This document shows positions 28,081 to 32,000 of a stretch of 32,000 nucleotides of DNA, piece by piece. Each line of letters starts with the position of its first letter. The stretch's first letter is position 1. The stretch covers positions 270,001 to 302,000 of the forward strand of contig NC_008818.1 in assembly GCF_000015145.1 (NCBI RefSeq), read 5' to 3'. This DNA comes from Hyperthermus butylicus DSM 5456 (GTDB lineage: Archaea; Thermoproteota; Thermoprotei_A; Sulfolobales; Pyrodictiaceae). The position numbers and the translations under genes were made by a program. Under the pieces are notes generated by a model, which was not told the origin of the DNA, did no database searches, and worked only from the letters and a program-made list of their open reading frames with translations.

Positions 28081-28600
28081 TCTATCCAGCTTCGGCAAGC
28101 GCGTTTGCTAATTCGTGGGCAACGCTTGTCTTTAGAGCACCGAGGAGACGTAGGATGCACTTAGTTGCTGAGGCGTACTACCCGGTTATGGTTTTGTTGC
28201 GAGTGCTTACGAGCTAGCGAAGAGTCTCCGAGGAGCTATAGGCTTGTAGATGCGTTCCTGACGTTGCTGCTCGGTAGACACTCAGTTGCCTAGATTTACA
28301 CGATACTGTTGAAGACGGTTTCCACGTATGAGTTTGACATGCTGGAGAACCCCTAGGAAGCTCATAGAACGCTTTTGTCGGAGAGACGCGTGGAGCTATC
28401 GTCTACGAGAGGGTCTGTGAGGGTCTAGATAAAGCCGCTGATGCCTACCAATATGGCGACCTTCATAGTGCATGGCTGGGATATGACAGGAGGCGCATAC
28501 GATAATTGCTAGGCACCGTAGCGCCACTTGACATATACGTCTTGGTCAACCATGGAAGGGTTATCATATTGAGAGCAAGACTCTCCGAAGCATAGTGTCC
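28081..28600 (+). pseudogene. Possible decayed coding region
   Basis: Frame-shifted fragments with protein-like content: MHLVAEAYY then GYGFVASAYELAKSLRGAIGL*, then VDAFLTLLLGRHSVA*IYTILLKTVSTYEFDMLENP*. No intact ORF. Confidence 0.25.
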
Positions 28601-28745
28601 CTCTACTCAGAACTTACCTAGGAGCTGGGAGAGCATTGAGCTGCTAAGCTGCTAGACCTACGGCGATAGCCCTCCAACGCGGTATGAGCTTGCCAGCACA
28701 AGCACCGGGGCGAATAGCATGAGAGAGTGAGCGAAGTGTAACAGC

Positions 28746-29846
28746 CTAGAATACAGCCTCGCCAGTCTCGCGGAATACGTGCAGCTTATTCAAGTCAAGG
28801 TATACGCGTAGCCTTTGACCGACGCGGTAGGGCCTGCTATCGCTAACCTTGACCACTAGTATGCGGCCCCTAACGTCTAGGTGTACTATGGTGTCTGAGC
28901 CGAGCAGCTCGACAAAGTCTACGCGACCCTCCACGGAGTGGAGCCCGGTCCTCACCGTGGACGCTATGTCCTCAGGATAGATGTGCTCCGGTCTAATACC
29001 AACAGTGACCCTTGACCCGCGGAGCTGCTTTACAAGCTCCACCGCCCAGCCCGGCACGGGTATTTCAAATCCATCAGCGTCGAGTACTAGGCCTTGCTCC
29101 TTCTCGACCACCCTAGCCTCTATGAAGTTCATCTGTGGACTACCAATGAAGCCTGCTACAAACATGTTTGCGGGCTTATTGTAGACCTCGTTGGGTGTAC
29201 CAACCTGCATTATCTTCCCTTTATTCATGACGGCGATACGGTCACCCATTGTCATTGCTTCTACCTGGTCGTGCGTCACATAAATCGTGGTCACGCCTAT
29301 CCGTCTCTGAAGCTTCTTTAGCTCACTCCTCATCTTAACTCTCAGCAACGCGTCAAGGTTGCTTAGCGGCTCATCCATGAGCAGCACCTCGGGCTCAACA
29401 ACTATTGCTCGGGCAACTGCAACCCTCTGCCTCTGACCGCCGCTGAGCTGGGCTGGGTAGCGGTTCAGCAGCTCCTCTATCTGTAGCAGCTCCGCTGCCC
29501 ACTTGACACGGCGCCTTATCTCCTCCTCTGGGTACTTCTTAATCCTCAACGGGAAGGCTATGTTGTCGAACACCTTCATATGGGGCCAGACGGCGTAGCT
29601 CTGAAACACCATGGATACGTTTCTCTCCCTCGGAGCCAGCGTCGTCACGTCGCGGCTCCCAAAGAGTATACGGCCCTCATCGGGTTTCTCGAGGCCAGCT
29701 ATGAGGCGTAGCGTTGTTGTTTTTCCGCAGCCGCTGGGGCCGAGGAGTACCATAAACTCCCCGTCTTCCACGTCGAGATCCACGTGATCCACTGCTATCG
29801 TCCTGCCGAACCTCTTGGTTACACTGACTAGGTGTACATCCACCAC
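28746..29846 (-). CDS. Carbohydrate ABC transporter ATP-binding protein (UgpC/MsmK/MalK-like)
   Basis: GPSGCGKTTTLRLIAGLEKP, LSGGQRQRVAVARAIVVEPEVLLMDEPLSNLDALLR, YVTHDQVEAMTMGDRIAVM, C-terminal TOBE (VTVGIRPEHI). Confidence 0.96.
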   Translation of the reverse strand: MVDVHLVSVTKRFGRTIAVDHVDLDVEDGEFMVLLGPSGCGKTTTLRLIAGLEKPDEGRILFGSRDVTTLAPRERNVSMVFQSYAVWPHMKVFDNIAFPLRIKKYPEEEIRRRVKWAAELLQIEELLNRYPAQLSGGQRQRVAVARAIVVEPEVLLMDEPLSNLDALLRVKMRSELKKLQRRIGVTTIYVTHDQVEAMTMGDRIAVMNKGKIMQVGTPNEVYNKPANMFVAGFIGSPQMNFIEARVVEKEQGLVLDADGFEIPVPGWAVELVKQLRGSRVTVGIRPEHIYPEDIASTVRTGLHSVEGRVDFVELLGSDTIVHLDVRGRILVVKVSDSRPYRVGQRLRVYLDLNKLHVFRETGEAVF

Positions 29847-29852
29847 AACACT

Positions 29853-30737
29853 TCACCTCAGCGTTATACCCCACATTGCGATTAGGTACCTCCTCGCGAT
29901 GAATACAAACACCATTGCGGGGAGGACTATGAGGAAGCCCGCAGCGAACTTGATGAAATCAGGAGCTGCCATAGCTGATACGAGGATGAATGCTGGCAGC
30001 GTACGGTTCAGAGTGGTGAGTATGGAGGCTATGAACACCTCGTTCCAGGACATTATGAAGGTGAATATCGCTGCCGCAGCTAGGCCTGGGAGGGCTAGCG
30101 GTAATGTTATCCTTAGAAATACGCCGAGCCTATTTAGCCCAAAGACTAGCCCTGCCTCCTCAAGCTCTCGCGGCACCCCAGCGAATATGCTTGATGTCAC
30201 TAGCACAACGAATGGTAGAGCCATGGCTGTGTGGGCTAGGGCTACGCCTAGCGGTGTATCGTATATGCCGAGTCTTATGTAGAGGGTTGCTAGCGGCACA
30301 GCTATCACTATTATCGGAAACATCCTCATACCGACTATTAGCAGTTTCAGCGCGTCCCGGCCGGGGAATACAAAGCGTGCAAATGCATAGCCCGCAGGGA
30401 GTCCCAGCAGGAAGCTGAGGACAATAGTTAGCACTGCTACCACTACACTGTTAAATGCCGCCTTGCTAGCGCCGAGAGCTAATAGATCCCGGACATGCTC
30501 TAATGTGAAGCGGATTGGTATAACCTTGTTAGGGTCGTAGTAGTCCTGGGGTGTACTAAACGCGTAAAGCACCGAGATAGCTATAGGTACTAGCACCCAT
30601 GCAACCGCGAGGGCTGCAGCTGCCGCCACAAGTATGCCGTGAAGCGCATAGCGGACTGGGCTAGCCTCCTCCACCCCGGTGTCACCTCCCAGCCTCAAGA
30701 TACCTTGCCTTGAAGAATCTGATGTAGAGGGCGCCAA
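29853..30737 (-). CDS. Carbohydrate ABC transporter permease (MalG-like)
   Basis: EAA loop EELEEAGLVFGLNRLGVFLRITLPLALPGLAAAAIFTFIMSWNEV. The start may be internal. Confidence 0.92.
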   Translation of the reverse strand: MAPSTSDSSRQGILRLGGDTGVEEASPVRYALHGILVAAAAALAVAWVLVPIAISVLYAFSTPQDYYDPNKVIPIRFTLEHVRDLLALGASKAAFNSVVVAVLTIVLSFLLGLPAGYAFARFVFPGRDALKLLIVGMRMFPIIVIAVPLATLYIRLGIYDTPLGVALAHTAMALPFVVLVTSSIFAGVPRELEEAGLVFGLNRLGVFLRITLPLALPGLAAAAIFTFIMSWNEVFIASILTTLNRTLPAFILVSAMAAPDFIKFAAGFLIVLPAMVFVFIARRYLIAMWGITLR

Positions 30738-31593
30738 GGCTGAGGGAGATAGCCGCTATTATTAATGCATAGAGTGCTGCCACACCAGTGTGATGCATTT
30801 GTGTATGTTCGTAGAAAGCTTCGCCTGCAAGGACTGGTATATCTCTGCCTGCCAATACCCACACGCTGCCAAACACTTGGAGTGCAAACAAAGTCCTAAT
30901 GATGAGTGCTGCTTGTATGCTCGGCATCAGCATTGGGAGAACTATGTAGCGTAGCCTCTGCAGCGCATTAGCCCCGAAAACCTCGGCTGCCTCGAGGTAC
31001 TCATGGCTTATCATCTGCAGTCCTGCTAGGAGTATCACGAAGACTATTGCGGTTGAGCGCCAAACCTCGGTTATAATTATCGCTAACAACTCCATGTCGC
31101 GGTTTTGCCAACCAAAGAACTGTATCGGCTCGCTTATAACGCCAAGGTTTAGCAGGAGCTTGTTCGCGAAACCATTGCCAGTGAGCATCGAGTACCAGAT
31201 GAGACCTGCAGCTACATCGCTAATTGTGAGCGGAAGAATGGTAACATATATCGCTGCGTTCTTGCCACGAAACCGGAAGCTGTTGAAGAAGAATGCTAAT
31301 AGCAGCGCGAGGACAAACTCGACCGGTATAACTATGCCAGTTATCAGGAGCGTGTAGAATAGCGCGTCGCGAAACTTCGAAAGCGGGCTGTTGAGGAGAT
31401 AATCAACGTTCTCGGTGGTAAACCTGCCTTGCTCGTCAAAGAATGCTAGCTTAACACCTTGCACTAGGGGGTAGCCAACAAAGAACCCCATGTAGACTAC
31501 AGTGGGTGCTATGAGTAGGTAGGGTAGGATGCGGTCCAGCTTCTCCGCGAGGAGCCGGTACCTCATGTAAAAAACCGAGTGGGACCGCTGCAA
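30682..31593 (-). CDS. Carbohydrate ABC transporter permease (MalF/UgpA-like)
   Basis: EYLEAAEVFGANALQRLRYIVLPMLMPSIQAALIIRTLFALQVF EAA loop. Likely start at the internal MRYRLLAEKLD (31566). Confidence 0.92.
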   Translation of the reverse strand: MQRSHSVFYMRYRLLAEKLDRILPYLLIAPTVVYMGFFVGYPLVQGVKLAFFDEQGRFTTENVDYLLNSPLSKFRDALFYTLLITGIVIPVEFVLALLLAFFFNSFRFRGKNAAIYVTILPLTISDVAAGLIWYSMLTGNGFANKLLLNLGVISEPIQFFGWQNRDMELLAIIITEVWRSTAIVFVILLAGLQMISHEYLEAAEVFGANALQRLRYIVLPMLMPSIQAALIIRTLFALQVFGSVWVLAGRDIPVLAGEAFYEHTQMHHTGVAALYALIIAAISLSLGALYIRFFKARYLEAGR

Positions 31594-31634
31594 GACCCTC
31601 CCAGCCCCAGAGGATACTACTGGGCTCCCCCTTC

Positions 31635-32000
31635 TTAGCCGCTATCCGGTGGTGGCAGCGGCGCGCCGGTCTCCTCGAAGAGTTTGAGAAGCTCTGGCTT
31701 CAACTCCTTTGTTACTTCTGCCGGGTCCTTGCCCTGTAGTACTATCTGCTCGAAGGCTGTCAGGTAGATCTGCTTAAACTCGCCGCCCTTAGCACCTAGG
31801 CTCGGTATCATTGCTACTATCGCGTCCCGGGCGTTTAGCATTTTGTTAACACCCTCAGCTAGTATCTTTAGTGGGCCCTCTGGTACTGCGCCAGAAGCCT
31901 CCTGGACACTTGGGAAGAAGCCTACGTTCTCGAGTATCTCGACCTCCGTCTCTGGCCTCGTTAGATAGTCTATGAGCTTCCAGGCTGCATCCTGGTAAGG
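31635..32000 (-). CDS. Carbohydrate ABC transporter substrate-binding protein, C-terminal part (runs off the right edge)
   Basis: Frame open to the edge: PYQDAAWKLIDYLTRPETEVEILENVGFFPSVQEASGAVPEGPLKILAEGVNKMLNARDAIVAMIPSLGAKGGEFKQIYLTAFEQIVLQGKDP...: typical family 1 extracellular solute-binding protein C-terminus. Confidence 0.85.
   Translation of the reverse strand, partial: PYQDAAWKLIDYLTRPETEVEILENVGFFPSVQEASGAVPEGPLKILAEGVNKMLNARDAIVAMIPSLGAKGGEFKQIYLTAFEQIVLQGKDPAEVTKELKPELLKLFEETGAPLPPPDSG

Noticed and set aside
1-32000. CRISPR arrays, tRNA/rRNA genes, transposases, toxin-antitoxin or defence modules
   Set aside because: No regularly spaced direct repeats, no GTTCRANNC T-arm in a cloverleaf context and no transposase or Cas motifs noticed by eye. 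A tRNAscan-SE or PADLOC run would be needed for certainty.

Overview
GC-rich archaeal window. Protein families, frequent GTG/TTG starts and TATA-like promoters suggest a hyperthermophilic crenarchaeon, possibly Pyrodictiaceae-like (inference). It is mostly housekeeping and metabolism. From left to right: end of an A-type ATP synthase operon (minus); an EamA/DMT transporter and a large hypothetical with a PD-(D/E)XK-like motif; a SpoIIM/DUF95-type membrane protein; thiC plus a conserved hypothetical; an SDR oxidoreductase; a block of small membrane proteins split by a strongly structured intergenic element; a DUF1648-like membrane protein; an SDH-type ClpP-class serine protease with a disrupted 5' end; an orphan BMP/PnrA-type binding protein divergent from an HTH-phosphoribosyltransferase regulator; a CDC48/VAT AAA ATPase; the argG-argH-carA-carB cluster with a degraded pyrD-like remnant next to it; an ACT-domain protein divergent from argG; and a carbohydrate ABC transporter with a putative glycoside hydrolase. 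I see no CRISPR array, rRNA, intact mobile element or recognisable defence system, and no convincing 'new system'. The best leads are: (i) the multi-hairpin element at about 8747-8905; (ii) an exact 13-bp tandem duplication plus a nonsense codon that separates the membrane anchor from the intact catalytic domain of the serine protease; (iii) the pyrD relic at 17240-17420; (iv) the PD-(D/E)XK-like protein at 2205-3464; (v) the 9342-9501 region with a 9-bp inverted repeat, a palindromic TATA and hairpins.
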